The position numbers and the translations under genes were made by a program. Positions 49,262 through 59,240 of a DNA stretch of 64,000 bases are shown here, piece by piece (position 1 is the stretch's first letter; every line of letters begins with the position of its first letter). The notes under the pieces are model-generated. The model saw nothing but the letters and a program-made list of their open reading frames with translations, ran no database searches and was not told the origin of the DNA. Source of the DNA: an uncultured Gammaproteobacteria bacterium (GTDB lineage: Bacteria > Patescibacteriota > Patescibacteriia > UBA1558 > S5-K13); contig CAYRHT010000004.1 in NCBI GenBank assembly GCA_964424195.1, positions 12,769 to 76,768 on the forward strand, read 5' to 3'.

Positions 49262-49939
49262 ATGCAAGATAAGAATTATAAATACTTTGATATTATTATG
49301 GCTCTATTCGTAGCTGTACTTTTAATATCAAATATTGCTTCTACAAAAATATTAGTATTATGGAAGTTTACTTTTGATGGAGGAACTTTGCTATTTCCTT
49401 TGTCATATATTTTTGGAGATATTTTAACGGAAGTATATGGTTATCGAAGATCTCGGAGAGTAATCTGGATTGGTTTCTTTTGTGCTGGTTTAATGTCCTT
49501 AGTTTTAATGTTAGTGACAGCTTTACCAGCTGCTAGTGACTGGCCTTTTCAAGAATCTTTTGAAAATATTCTAGGATTAACTCCTCGAATTGTTTTAGCT
49601 TCTCTAATTGCTTACTTTGCTGGTGAGTTTTCTAATTCATATCTTTTAGCTAAGTTAAAGATTAAAACAAAAGGAAAGTTTCTGTGGTTAAGAACTATTA
49701 GTTCTACATTATTAGGAGAAGGTATTGATACTGTATTATTTGTTTTTATAGCTTTTTGGGGAATATTACCAACTAGTCTTTTAATTACTATTTTTATCTC
49801 TAATTACATATTTAAGTCTGGGTTAGAAATTATATTAACACCAGCTACATACAAAGTTGTTAAATTCTTAAAGAATAGAGAAGGAGAGGATTATTATGAT
49901 CATAATACTAACTTCAATCCTTTTTCTGTAAAGAGTTGA
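49262..49939 (+). CDS. Queuosine precursor transporter (YhhQ/VUT family), second paralog
   Basis: LLISNIASTK, FPLSYIFGDILTEVYG, LWLRTISST..GEGIDT. Confidence 0.92.
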   Translation: MQDKNYKYFDIIMALFVAVLLISNIASTKILVLWKFTFDGGTLLFPLSYIFGDILTEVYGYRRSRRVIWIGFFCAGLMSLVLMLVTALPAASDWPFQESFENILGLTPRIVLASLIAYFAGEFSNSYLLAKLKIKTKGKFLWLRTISSTLLGEGIDTVLFVFIAFWGILPTSLLITIFISNYIFKSGLEIILTPATYKVVKFLKNREGEDYYDHNTNFNPFSVKS

Positions 49940-49998
49940 CAGATTTCTTTTAAAGAGGTAAATTAATATATTATAAAAAAATAAAGGAGGATAGTATA

Positions 49999-50484
49999 AT
50001 GAAAATTGAAATTGGAAAATCAATATCTTTCACTGGTGCTTCTTATGAAGTAGTTGCAATAGAAGAAGAAAAGGGAAAAACTACTTTTGCGATTATAAAA
50101 TTAAGCAGTGGTTTAAGAAAAGTTCCTATAGAAGACATACGAGAAAAAGGTACTTCTAATCTTGAGAAGAATCTTTCAGAAGATATCTTATATGTTTATA
50201 AGGGACAAAAAAGATCAGCAGCAGAATTGGAAGAAATAATAGACATTAAAAACGTTAAGATCGGCGAAGGTGTTGCTTTTAATGCATATTTTAAAATTGT
50301 AGAAATTGGATATGACTATGTAATTATTGCTTTAAGACCTCATTGTAAAAATAGGAAAGTACCAATTTTTGATCTAAGGAAATTAGATCGAGAAAATAAT
50401 GAATTAGACAGAGGTTTTTTTGAGAGTGTAAATTATCACTATATCGGAAAAGTAAAAGTAGCTGATGATTTAGAAAAAGTTTAA
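49999..50484 (+). CDS. Orphan protein with two internal repeats
   Basis: TTGACA(49936)-17-TAAATT, AAGGAGG; halves share KI(E)IG..F....V.I....IIxL...RKVPIxDxR; terminator 50501-50528. Confidence 0.65.
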   Translation: MKIEIGKSISFTGASYEVVAIEEEKGKTTFAIIKLSSGLRKVPIEDIREKGTSNLEKNLSEDILYVYKGQKRSAAELEEIIDIKNVKIGEGVAFNAYFKIVEIGYDYVIIALRPHCKNRKVPIFDLRKLDRENNELDRGFFESVNYHYIGKVKVADDLEKV

Positions 50485-50591
50485 GATTTAAAAAAAACAT
50501 ACCGCATAGATTTCTATGCGGTTTTTTTATTTACTAAAATAAAATAATCCGCAGAACGGATTATTTAAATACTCTATAATAGAGGAGTAAA

Positions 50592-50768
50592 CTATTTAGA
50601 TTTTTTTGCTAGAGTTTTAATACATTTAGTACAGATTTTTATTCTCTTACCGTCAATCTTTTTACTTTGTAAGTTTATTCTATCAGTAGTTTTAGTCTTG
50701 TTATTAGCATGACTTTTAGAAAAAGTAGCTGTTGTACCTCTACCACAGATATCACATATTCTAGACAT
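50592..50768 (-). CDS. rpmB: 50S ribosomal protein L28
   Basis: MSRICDICGRG...SHANNKT...INLQ...CTKC; start at 50768. Confidence 0.93.
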   Translation of the reverse strand: MSRICDICGRGTTATFSKSHANNKTKTTDRINLQSKKIDGKRIKICTKCIKTLAKKSK

Positions 50769-50852
50769 ATATTTGTAAATGATTAGTTTATAATTTATAA
50801 TAGAGAGGATATAACATTTTAACTTAAGTGTCAAGAAGAAAGGTATAAATTT

Positions 50853-51494
50853 ATGATTTTAGGATTATTGTTTCAACAACCGATGGTTTTCGTGGCTTGG
50901 TTGGTAGCCATTGTTTTTGCTTTAACAATTCACGAATTTGCTCATGCTTGGGCAGCCACTTCACAAGGAGATCCTACAGCTAAATTAATGGGAAGATTAA
51001 CTTTTAATCCCTTAGCTCATATTGATATGATGGGATTCTTAGCTTTGTTAATAGTAGGCTTTGGTTGGGGGAAGCCAGTGCCAGTTAATCCAGTTTATTT
51101 TAAAAACAAAAAATGGGGAGATACTATAGTAGCCTTTGCTGGACCATTATCTAATTTTGTATCTATTGTAGTCTTTGGGATAATTTTAAGAATTTTAATT
51201 TCAACTACAAGTTTAGGTCCAGATAATCTTTTGATTTCATTCTTGTTTTTTATGATTATGATTAATGTAGTTCTAGGTGTTTTTAATTTAATACCCTTAC
51301 CACCTCTAGACGGTTCTCATATATTATTCAATATTTTACCTTCTCAATTTAGTGAATTAAAGTTTAAGTTAAGTAAGAATGGACCCTGGATTTTATTAGC
51401 TATAATAATGGCGGATAGGTTTCTAGGAATTGGTTTATTAAGCGGATTATTTAGTTTTTTTTACTCTTTAGTCTCTAAAATTATATTTTTTTAG
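50853..51494 (+). CDS. Site-2 protease (M50) family
   Basis: HEFAH, AGPLSN, FNLIPLPPLDG. Confidence 0.95.
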   Translation: MILGLLFQQPMVFVAWLVAIVFALTIHEFAHAWAATSQGDPTAKLMGRLTFNPLAHIDMMGFLALLIVGFGWGKPVPVNPVYFKNKKWGDTIVAFAGPLSNFVSIVVFGIILRILISTTSLGPDNLLISFLFFMIMINVVLGVFNLIPLPPLDGSHILFNILPSQFSELKFKLSKNGPWILLAIIMADRFLGIGLLSGLFSFFYSLVSKIIFF

Positions 51495-51624
51495 AAAAGC
51501 TCTAAGAAAGTATTGACGAATCTTCCTTCATATGATATCCTAAAGAAACTTTTAGTTGATAAAAGTTATTTTTTAATAATAACGTAATTAAATAATCTTG
51601 CTTAGCAAGTTTAAAAAAATATTT

Positions 51625-52083
51625 ATGCCAACAATACATCAATTGGTTAAACGACCAAGAAAAGACAAAAAAGTTAAAGCTAAGTCTGCTGCTCTTAAAA
51701 TGACTTCAAATAGTTTAAAGAGAAAAAAGACCGAGCACAGAATAGGAGCTCCTTTTAAAAGAGGTGTATGTGTTAAAGTTACAACAGTTACTCCTAAAAA
51801 ACCGAATTCAGCTTTAAGAAAAATTGCTAGAGTTAGACTTTCTAATGGACAAGAAGTTACAGCTTACATTCCAGGAATGGGACATAATCTTCAAGAGCAT
51901 TCAATTGTAATGATTAGAGGTGGTCGAGTTAAAGATTTGTCAGGTTGTAATTATCATGTAGTTCGAGGAGTTTATGATACTCAAGGAGTTGAAGGTAGAA
52001 TGCAAAGTCGTTCAGTATATGGTGCTAAGAAACAAAAGGGAGCTAAAAAAGCTGCACCAGCAGAAACACCAACAGAAGAATAA
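51625..52083 (+). CDS. rpsL: 30S ribosomal protein S12
   Basis: [26 protein letters not shown]; start ATG 51625. Confidence 0.98.
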   Translation: MPTIHQLVKRPRKDKKVKAKSAALKMTSNSLKRKKTEHRIGAPFKRGVCVKVTTVTPKKPNSALRKIARVRLSNGQEVTAYIPGMGHNLQEHSIVMIRGGRVKDLSGCNYHVVRGVYDTQGVEGRMQSRSVYGAKKQKGAKKAAPAETPTEE

Positions 52084-52109
52084 ATAATTAAATATAATAG
52101 TATAACAAT

Positions 52110-52577
52110 ATGAGAGGTAAAAGAGCCCCTAAAAGAAAAATTGAAGCAGATCAAAAATTTAATAGCATTCCAGTTGCTAAATTTATTAATTATATAATGC
52201 ATGGTGGTAAAAAATCAGTAGCTCGTTCTATTGTTTATGATGCTTTTGATTATATTTCTGAGAAAACTAAACAAGATGGTCTAACTGTTTTCAACCAAGC
52301 TATAAAAAATGTTCAACCTTCAGTAGAAGTTAAAGGTAAGAGAATTGGTGGAGCAAACTATCAAGTTCCTCAAGTTGTTTCTGGAACTAGAAAACAAGTT
52401 CTAGCATACCGATGGTTGATTGAAGCTGCTCGATCTAGAAAAGGTAAGGCTATGTCAATTAGATTAGCTGAAGAAATCATGGCAGCTGCTAATAATGAAG
52501 GTGATGCTCTTAAGAAGAGAGGTAATGTTCATAAGATGGCTGAATCTAATAAAGCTTTTGCTCATTTTTCAAGATAA
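52110..52577 (+). CDS. rpsG: 30S ribosomal protein S7
   Basis: GKKSVA, RIGGANYQVP, HKMAESNKAFAHF. Confidence 0.98.
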   Translation: MRGKRAPKRKIEADQKFNSIPVAKFINYIMHGGKKSVARSIVYDAFDYISEKTKQDGLTVFNQAIKNVQPSVEVKGKRIGGANYQVPQVVSGTRKQVLAYRWLIEAARSRKGKAMSIRLAEEIMAAANNEGDALKKRGNVHKMAESNKAFAHFSR

Positions 52578-52627
52578 ATCTCGTCGAGTTAAGCTCAACG
52601 GAATTTTAAATTTAAAACAATAAAATT

Positions 52628-53683
52628 ATGACAAAAACATTTAAAACAATTTCATTCACACTATTAATACTAAGCCTAGGTTTAGTATTATCTGCTTGTA
52701 ATAAAGAAGATGCCAGAATAAAAGAACAAGAAAATATTAAAGCCCAATTACAAGAACAGGAAGGACAAGAAGTTATTTCAGACGAAGAGATTAATGAAGA
52801 GAATGGTTCAGATTTAGATATTTCTAGATGGAGAGAATATGAAAATGAACATTTCAATTTAAAATTTAAATATCATCAAAATTGGTACTTTCAAAGAGAT
52901 ACCTTACATCAAGGAACTTATGTTGCTGTTTATGGATTTGCTCCTAGTGCTGAAGAATTACAAGAAAGAAAATATGCTATTAATTTATATATTTTAAATG
53001 AAGGAGACTTTTTGGAAAGAGATTATTCTTTAAGAAAAGAAAAACAAGTAAAAAGTAAAAGGTATATTTTAACTTCTAATAATGAAGAGTATGCAGATAT
53101 TTTTAATATGATGTTTGAGAATTTAGATTTTTTTAATGAAGAAACTTCAGAAGAGGTTGAAGAAGAAGTAAGTTTGAATACTTATACTAATGAAGAATAT
53201 GGTTTTGAGTTTCAGTATCCTGAGAATATTTATTTAAAAGAAGTTAATGATGGTTATCTATTGTTAAGATATTCTAGTGCTAATAAAACAGATTGGTTGA
53301 TAAGTATAAGCAAAGGAGATCCATCACATTTTATGAATAGAGACGAGGAATTAAGTTTTGATGATGCTTTAGAGAGAGAAATTAAAAATCGTTGTGCGGC
53401 TGATGGTCCTGGTGGTAGTATTTTTTGTTCAGAAGTTTTGAGTAAATCTATCCTTAAGAAGGATAATTATAATCTTTATGAGTATTTTCTTTTAGAAGAA
53501 TATCAAGATACTCAGGGAATTACTTCTAAAACTAATGAAAAAGGACCTATTTTTGTTTTTCATAAGAGTGGTAGTACAGAAATCTATATATTTCAATTAA
53601 CTCAATACGAGGAAGAAAATAATTATGAAAAGAACGTAATAGTTCTAGAAAATCTTATTGATACTTTTAAATTTACAAATTAA
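52628..53683 (+). CDS. Lipoprotein with two PsbP-like repeats
   Basis: LSAC lipobox; WREYENEHFNLKFKY and YTNEEYGFEFQYP. Confidence 0.75.
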   Translation: MTKTFKTISFTLLILSLGLVLSACNKEDARIKEQENIKAQLQEQEGQEVISDEEINEENGSDLDISRWREYENEHFNLKFKYHQNWYFQRDTLHQGTYVAVYGFAPSAEELQERKYAINLYILNEGDFLERDYSLRKEKQVKSKRYILTSNNEEYADIFNMMFENLDFFNEETSEEVEEEVSLNTYTNEEYGFEFQYPENIYLKEVNDGYLLLRYSSANKTDWLISISKGDPSHFMNRDEELSFDDALEREIKNRCAADGPGGSIFCSEVLSKSILKKDNYNLYEYFLLEEYQDTQGITSKTNEKGPIFVFHKSGSTEIYIFQLTQYEEENNYEKNVIVLENLIDTFKFTN

Positions 53684-53693
53684 ATAAAATATT

Positions 53694-55421
53694 ATGGAAA
53701 CGCATAAGGTTTCTTTTTACAATACAGGTATTCTTATTTTTATTCTATTATTTTTGAATTTTAAATTTTTATCGGCAAATAGTGATGAAATTTTGTCTAA
53801 TGACTCTTTAATTAGATCTTCAGGTAGTTCGTCTGTATATTTTTTGGAAGATGGAAAGAAGAGGCCAATTTTATCAGAGGATGTTTTTAATCTATATAAT
53901 TTTAAATGGGCACATGTAATAACTGTAGACAATATAAATGATTATGAATTAGGGAGTCCATTAGCTAATCCTAATTATCGATTAGTTAAGTATTCTAATA
54001 GTTCAAATGTATATTTAATAGAAAATAATAAGAAAAGATGGATAGTTAATGAGGATATTTTTATCTTCCGTAGATATGGATGGGGATTTATAGAAATTAT
54101 TGATATTGATGAAGAATATATCACAGGAGAGGACATAGATGATAAAATAATAAATGGTGATTTAGTTAAGTATTCTAATAGTTCAAATGTATATTTAATA
54201 GAAAATAATAAGAAAAGATTAATTGTTAATGAGCAGATTTTTATGGAGAGAGGATATCTCTGGTCGGATATATATATTGTTTTAGATAGTGAATTCAATT
54301 TTGAAAATGGGGATATGATTGGTAATTCTAATAAAAGAATTGGACTACTTTATGTTAGTCAAAATAATGAAACTTATAATCCAGAGTGGCGATCTAAAAT
54401 TGAACCTATACTTTCTAAAACAAAACAAGTAATGTCAGATTTAACTGATAATAAAACGGATTATACATTTGAAATATTGGGTGAAACTGAAACTGATAAA
54501 TATTGTTGGAATCCAGCTGGGATGGGTTTTGTACAACAATCAGAATATACAAAAGTTGATGTGTCTACCAATGAGATTGTTTCTAGTTTTACTACAATTA
54601 GCAATACTCGTATGCCTGGTTCTGCTTTTCGTTGGAATTCTGTGACAGCAAATTTATTAACGGAAAGAAATGAAATAGAAGATAATAGGGAGTATTTTAT
54701 TAAAGAGGTGAATACTAGTTATAATGATTGTCCAAATTGTTCTTTATCCCCAATGGAAGATAAAAAGGATTCAATGAATGAATATTTGATAGAAAATAAT
54801 ATAGATAATTATTATTACACAGAATATGAAGAGAATAGACTTTCTATGGATTGTAGTAAAAATGATTTAAGTCAGTGGTCTGTGGATTTTTCAGACATGG
54901 AGAGTATAAAAAATATTGCATCAAGAGAACTAAATTTCAGTTTGGATGATTATGATGATATTATTATCATAATTGGTGAATTTGGACAAATTTTAGCATC
55001 TGAATCTGAAGATAATCTCAATTATCGATGTTCTACTATGGAAGGTGTTATTGGAGGTTATTCTAACTTAATTTTTGCAGAAAATAGTTTATATAGTAAT
55101 GGTTTTATAGATTGCAGTAATTCAACTAATGCTGCTAATAGTTTCTATGATGGTCGAGGATGGATTATTATAGCGCATGAATTATTACATCATTTAGGAG
55201 CTGTAGATGTTTATAATACTGGTTTTAGTTTTGGAATTAATAGTCATCTTGAAGAAGCTCAATCTTTAGATCCAAAATATAGAGAAAGTATTATGGGGGA
55301 CAATATGACTCCTTGCATGTTAGATTTTGAAGTTAATAGAGATCCTTTATGTACTCAGTATGAATTGGATAATTATGTTTATTTGGATAAATTAAATAGA
55401 CAAAAAATTGGAGTAGAATAA
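53694..55421 (+). CDS. Secreted zinc metallopeptidase with three N-terminal repeats
   Basis: Three ~60-aa VYxxExxKKR repeats; HELLHHLGAVD and Met-turn SIMG. Confidence 0.75.
   Translation: METHKVSFYNTGILIFILLFLNFKFLSANSDEILSNDSLIRSSGSSSVYFLEDGKKRPILSEDVFNLYNFKWAHVITVDNINDYELGSPLANPNYRLVKYSNSSNVYLIENNKKRWIVNEDIFIFRRYGWGFIEIIDIDEEYITGEDIDDKIINGDLVKYSNSSNVYLIENNKKRLIVNEQIFMERGYLWSDIYIVLDSEFNFENGDMIGNSNKRIGLLYVSQNNETYNPEWRSKIEPILSKTKQVMSDLTDNKTDYTFEILGETETDKYCWNPAGMGFVQQSEYTKVDVSTNEIVSSFTTISNTRMPGSAFRWNSVTANLLTERNEIEDNREYFIKEVNTSYNDCPNCSLSPMEDKKDSMNEYLIENNIDNYYYTEYEENRLSMDCSKNDLSQWSVDFSDMESIKNIASRELNFSLDDYDDIIIIIGEFGQILASESEDNLNYRCSTMEGVIGGYSNLIFAENSLYSNGFIDCSNSTNAANSFYDGRGWIIIAHELLHHLGAVDVYNTGFSFGINSHLEEAQSLDPKYRESIMGDNMTPCMLDFEVNRDPLCTQYELDNYVYLDKLNRQKIGVE
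53982..54219 (+). repeat. 58-bp exact direct repeat, period 180 bp
   Basis: 53982-54039 is identical to 54162-54219. Confidence 0.9.
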
Positions 55422-55470
55422 TTCAATCGAAATTTACAAATTAAATAAAATATTAAATTAAATTAAACAT

Positions 55471-57546
55471 ATGGCCGAAAGACAATACTCATTAGAAAAC
55501 ACAAGAAATATTGGAATAATTGCTCACATTGATGCTGGAAAAACAACAGTAACAGAGCGGATTCTTTTTTTTACTGGAAAAAAACATAAGATTGGTGAGG
55601 TTCATGATGGTGAAGCTGAAATGGATTGGATGGAGCAAGAACAAGAAAGAGGAATTACTATTACTTCAGCTGCGACAACATGTTTTTGGCAGGATAATAG
55701 AATTAATATTATTGACACTCCAGGTCATGTAGATTTTACAGCTGAAGTAGAACGTTCATTAAGAGTACTTGATGCAGCAGTAGTTATTTTCGACGGTAAG
55801 ATGGGAGTAGAACCTCAATCGGAAACAGTATGGAGACAAGCTGATAAATATAAGGTACCTCGAATGTGTTTTGTAAACAAAATTAATGCTCTGGGCGGTG
55901 ATTTTTATATGTCTTTAGAATCAATCCAAGCTAGATTATCTGATAAAGCTTTTGCTTTATTTCTACCTATTGGACAATCAGACGAACATCAAGGGATTGT
56001 TAACTTAGTAGATCAAAAAGCATATATTTATGCTAATGACGATCATACAGAATTAAAAGAAATTGAAATTCCAGAAGACATGAAAGACAAGGTTAAAAAA
56101 TACCGAGAAGAGATGTTAGAAAAAGTAGTAGAAATGGATGAGAAATTGATGGCTAAATATTTAGAGGATCAACAACTAACTAATGAAGAAGTATATTCTT
56201 TACTTCGAAGTGGTATTCTCTCAGGAGAATTCTTCCCAGTATTAGTTGGTGATGGAAGAACTGCTACTATTACTAAACTTTTAGACATGGTTATTGCTTT
56301 ACTACCTTCTCCTTTAGATGTTCCATCTATTACTGGTATGGTAAAAGATACTGATGAAGAGATTACTAGAAAAGCTAGTGACTCAGAAAAGTTTTCAGCT
56401 CTAGCTTTTAAGATTGCAACTGATCCTTTTGTAGGAAAATTAATATTTGCTAGAATTTATTCTGGAACATTAAAATCAGGTTCTTATGTTTACAATTCTT
56501 CTACTGGTACTAAAGAAAGAATTGGTAGATTAGTTTTGATGCATGCTAATTCTCGAGAAGAAATTCAAGAAGCTCATGCTGGAGATATTGTGGCTGTTAT
56601 TGGTTTAAAAAATACTAAGACCGGTAATACTCTTTGTGAAGAGGGCGATGATATACTATTAGAAGCTATTACATTTCCTCAAACAGTTATTTCTATGGCT
56701 ATTGAACCAAAGACTAAACAAGATCAAGAAAAGATGGGTATTGCTTTAAGTAAACTATCTGATGAAGACCCTACATTTACTATGAAGACTGATGATGAAA
56801 CTCAACAAGTTATTATTTCTGGAATGGGAGAATTACATTTAGAAGTATTAGTGGATAGAATGAAGAGAGAATTTGATGTAGAAGTTAATACTGGTAAACC
56901 CCAAGTTGCTTACAAAGAAACAATTAAAATTGCCGGACAAGCTGAAGGTAAATATGTTAAACAGTCTGGTGGTCGTGGTCAATATGGTCATTGTTTAATT
57001 AGAATTGAGCCAAATGAAAGAGGTAAGGGTCATGAATTTGTTGATGAAATCAAAGGTGGAGCTATTCCTAGAGAATATATCCCAGCAGTAGAAAAAGGTA
57101 TTCGAGAAGCATTAGAAGATGGTGTTTTAGCTCACTACCCAGTAGTAGATGTTAAGGCTACTCTCTATGACGGTACTTTCCATGAAGTTGATTCAAATGA
57201 ATCTGCCTTTAAGATTGCTGGTTCTATGGCTTTGAAAGAAGCTTGTCGAAATTCTCAACCTATTATTTTAGAACCAATTATGCAAGTTAATGTAACTACT
57301 CCAGAACAATATATGGGAGATGTTATTGGAGATTTGAATTCTAAGAGAGGACAAGTTGATGAAATGAAAGACGTTGGTAATGCTAAGAGTATTGATGCTC
57401 AAGTTCCTTTATCTGAATTATTTGGTTATGCTACAACTTTAAGAGGAATGACTCAAGGAAGAGCAAACTATACTATGGAATTTGGTCATTATCAAGAAGT
57501 TCCTAAAAAGATTGCGGAAGAGATTATGAGTGGAGATCGGAAATAG
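55471..57546 (+). CDS. fusA: Elongation factor G
   Basis: [36 protein letters not shown]. Confidence 0.98.
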   Translation: MAERQYSLENTRNIGIIAHIDAGKTTVTERILFFTGKKHKIGEVHDGEAEMDWMEQEQERGITITSAATTCFWQDNRINIIDTPGHVDFTAEVERSLRVLDAAVVIFDGKMGVEPQSETVWRQADKYKVPRMCFVNKINALGGDFYMSLESIQARLSDKAFALFLPIGQSDEHQGIVNLVDQKAYIYANDDHTELKEIEIPEDMKDKVKKYREEMLEKVVEMDEKLMAKYLEDQQLTNEEVYSLLRSGILSGEFFPVLVGDGRTATITKLLDMVIALLPSPLDVPSITGMVKDTDEEITRKASDSEKFSALAFKIATDPFVGKLIFARIYSGTLKSGSYVYNSSTGTKERIGRLVLMHANSREEIQEAHAGDIVAVIGLKNTKTGNTLCEEGDDILLEAITFPQTVISMAIEPKTKQDQEKMGIALSKLSDEDPTFTMKTDDETQQVIISGMGELHLEVLVDRMKREFDVEVNTGKPQVAYKETIKIAGQAEGKYVKQSGGRGQYGHCLIRIEPNERGKGHEFVDEIKGGAIPREYIPAVEKGIREALEDGVLAHYPVVDVKATLYDGTFHEVDSNESAFKIAGSMALKEACRNSQPIILEPIMQVNVTTPEQYMGDVIGDLNSKRGQVDEMKDVGNAKSIDAQVPLSELFGYATTLRGMTQGRANYTMEFGHYQEVPKKIAEEIMSGDRK

Positions 57547-57610
57547 GCTTACTTATTGACAATAAAGAATAATTAATGTAATCTGTAGTATTAAATACTA
57601 AAAATAAAAG

Positions 57611-57844
57611 ATGTTTGATTTAAATAAAATTATAGATATTATTAAAGAGACTGGGCGAGAAATTTTTCTAGCTAAAGAGAATAAAGAAACACTAGTACTA
57701 ATGTCTGTTGATAGATACAGAGAATTAATAGGAAAAGATAATTCAATTAATAATACTGTAGATAGTGCTAGAGATATTAAAGAAAAGGATTATCCGGATT
57801 ATGTTCAGAAAACTATCATGCCAGAAATGGGTATTGATGAATAA
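57611..57844 (+). CDS. Small hypothetical protein with Phd-like motif
   Basis: LVLMSVDRYRELI; TTGACA at 57556. Confidence 0.6.
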   Translation: MFDLNKIIDIIKETGREIFLAKENKETLVLMSVDRYRELIGKDNSINNTVDSARDIKEKDYPDYVQKTIMPEMGIDE

Positions 57845-57983
57845 AATAAAGGGTAAACCTTGCGTTTTAAGGAAAGTTTTGCTAAAATTATAATCGACTT
57901 TATATAAAAATAAATTATTAAATTAAAATTTTATTAGACGTGAACTTTAAGTCATAAACGTCTAAATAGGGAGAATTAAAAAA

Positions 57984-59171
57984 ATGGCAGAAAATTTTGA
58001 CAGATCAAAACCCCATGTCAACATCGGTACTATTGGCCACGTTGATCATGGTAAAACAACTTTAACAGCAGCAATCCTAAGCGTTTTAACAGCTGCTGGT
58101 AAAACAGCTCAGAGTAAATCAGTAGATCAAATTGATAACGCTCCAGAAGAAAAAGAGAGAGGGATTACAATTGCTACTGCTCACGTTGAGTACGAAACAG
58201 ACAAAAGACATTACGCTCACGTTGACTGTCCAGGTCATGCTGACTATGTAAAAAACATGATTACTGGTGCAGCTCAAATGGATGGTGCTATTTTAGTAGT
58301 ATCAGCTGCTGACGGAGCTATGCCTCAAACTAGAGAGCATATTCTTTTAGCAAGACAAGTTGGTGTTCCATCAATTGTAGTGTTCTTAAACAAAGTAGAT
58401 CAAGTTAGTGATCCAGAATTGATTGACTTGGTTGAAGAAGAAATTAGAGACCTATTAAAGAAATATGAATTCCCAGGAGATGAAACTCCAATCATTAGAG
58501 GTTCAGCTTTGAAAGCTCTAGAAGATCCAAAAGGGGATGCTGCAAAACCTATCCTAGAACTTATGGATAAGGTTGATGAATATATTCCTACACCAGAAAG
58601 AGATTTAGACAAGCCTTACCTAATGCCTGTAGAAGATATCTTCTCAATTGAAGGTCGAGGTACTGTAGTAACTGGTGCTATTGAAAGAGGAGTTATTAAA
58701 GTAAATGAAGAAATAGAAATCGTAGGTATCAAAGATACAACTAAAACAGTTGTTACTGGAGTAGAGATGTTTAATAAATCTCTAGACCAAGGACAAGCTG
58801 GTGATAATGCTGGTATCTTACTTCGGGGTACTAAAAAAGATGAAGTTGAAAGAGGACAAGTTTTGGCTAAGCCAGGATCTGTTACTCCTCATACTGAATT
58901 TGAAGCAGAAGTTTATGTTTTATCTAAAGATGAAGGTGGAAGACATACTCCTTTCTTTAAAGGATATAAACCACAATTCTATATTAGAACTTGTGATGTT
59001 ACTGGTGATGTAGCACTACCAGACGGAACAGAAATGGTAATGCCTGGTGATACAGTTAATTTAAAAGTTAAATTAATTCACCCAGTAGCTTTAGAAGAAA
59101 AACAAAGATTTGCTATCCGAGAAGGTGGTAAAACAGTTGCTTCTGGAGTAGTTGCTAAGATTATTAAATAA
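57984..59171 (+). CDS. tuf: Elongation factor Tu
   Basis: [22 protein letters not shown]. Confidence 0.99.
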   Translation: MAENFDRSKPHVNIGTIGHVDHGKTTLTAAILSVLTAAGKTAQSKSVDQIDNAPEEKERGITIATAHVEYETDKRHYAHVDCPGHADYVKNMITGAAQMDGAILVVSAADGAMPQTREHILLARQVGVPSIVVFLNKVDQVSDPELIDLVEEEIRDLLKKYEFPGDETPIIRGSALKALEDPKGDAAKPILELMDKVDEYIPTPERDLDKPYLMPVEDIFSIEGRGTVVTGAIERGVIKVNEEIEIVGIKDTTKTVVTGVEMFNKSLDQGQAGDNAGILLRGTKKDEVERGQVLAKPGSVTPHTEFEAEVYVLSKDEGGRHTPFFKGYKPQFYIRTCDVTGDVALPDGTEMVMPGDTVNLKVKLIHPVALEEKQRFAIREGGKTVASGVVAKIIK

Positions 59172-59186
59172 TGTAATTACATTTTT

Positions 59187-59225
59187 AACTTTTACCCTGC
59201 ACTTTCATAGTGCAGGGTAAAAGTT
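59187..59225 (+). terminator. Perfect 17-bp hairpin between tuf and rpsJ
   Basis: aacttttaccctgcact/agtgcagggtaaaagtt. Confidence 0.65.
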
Positions 59226-59240
59226 TAGATAATACACCAT

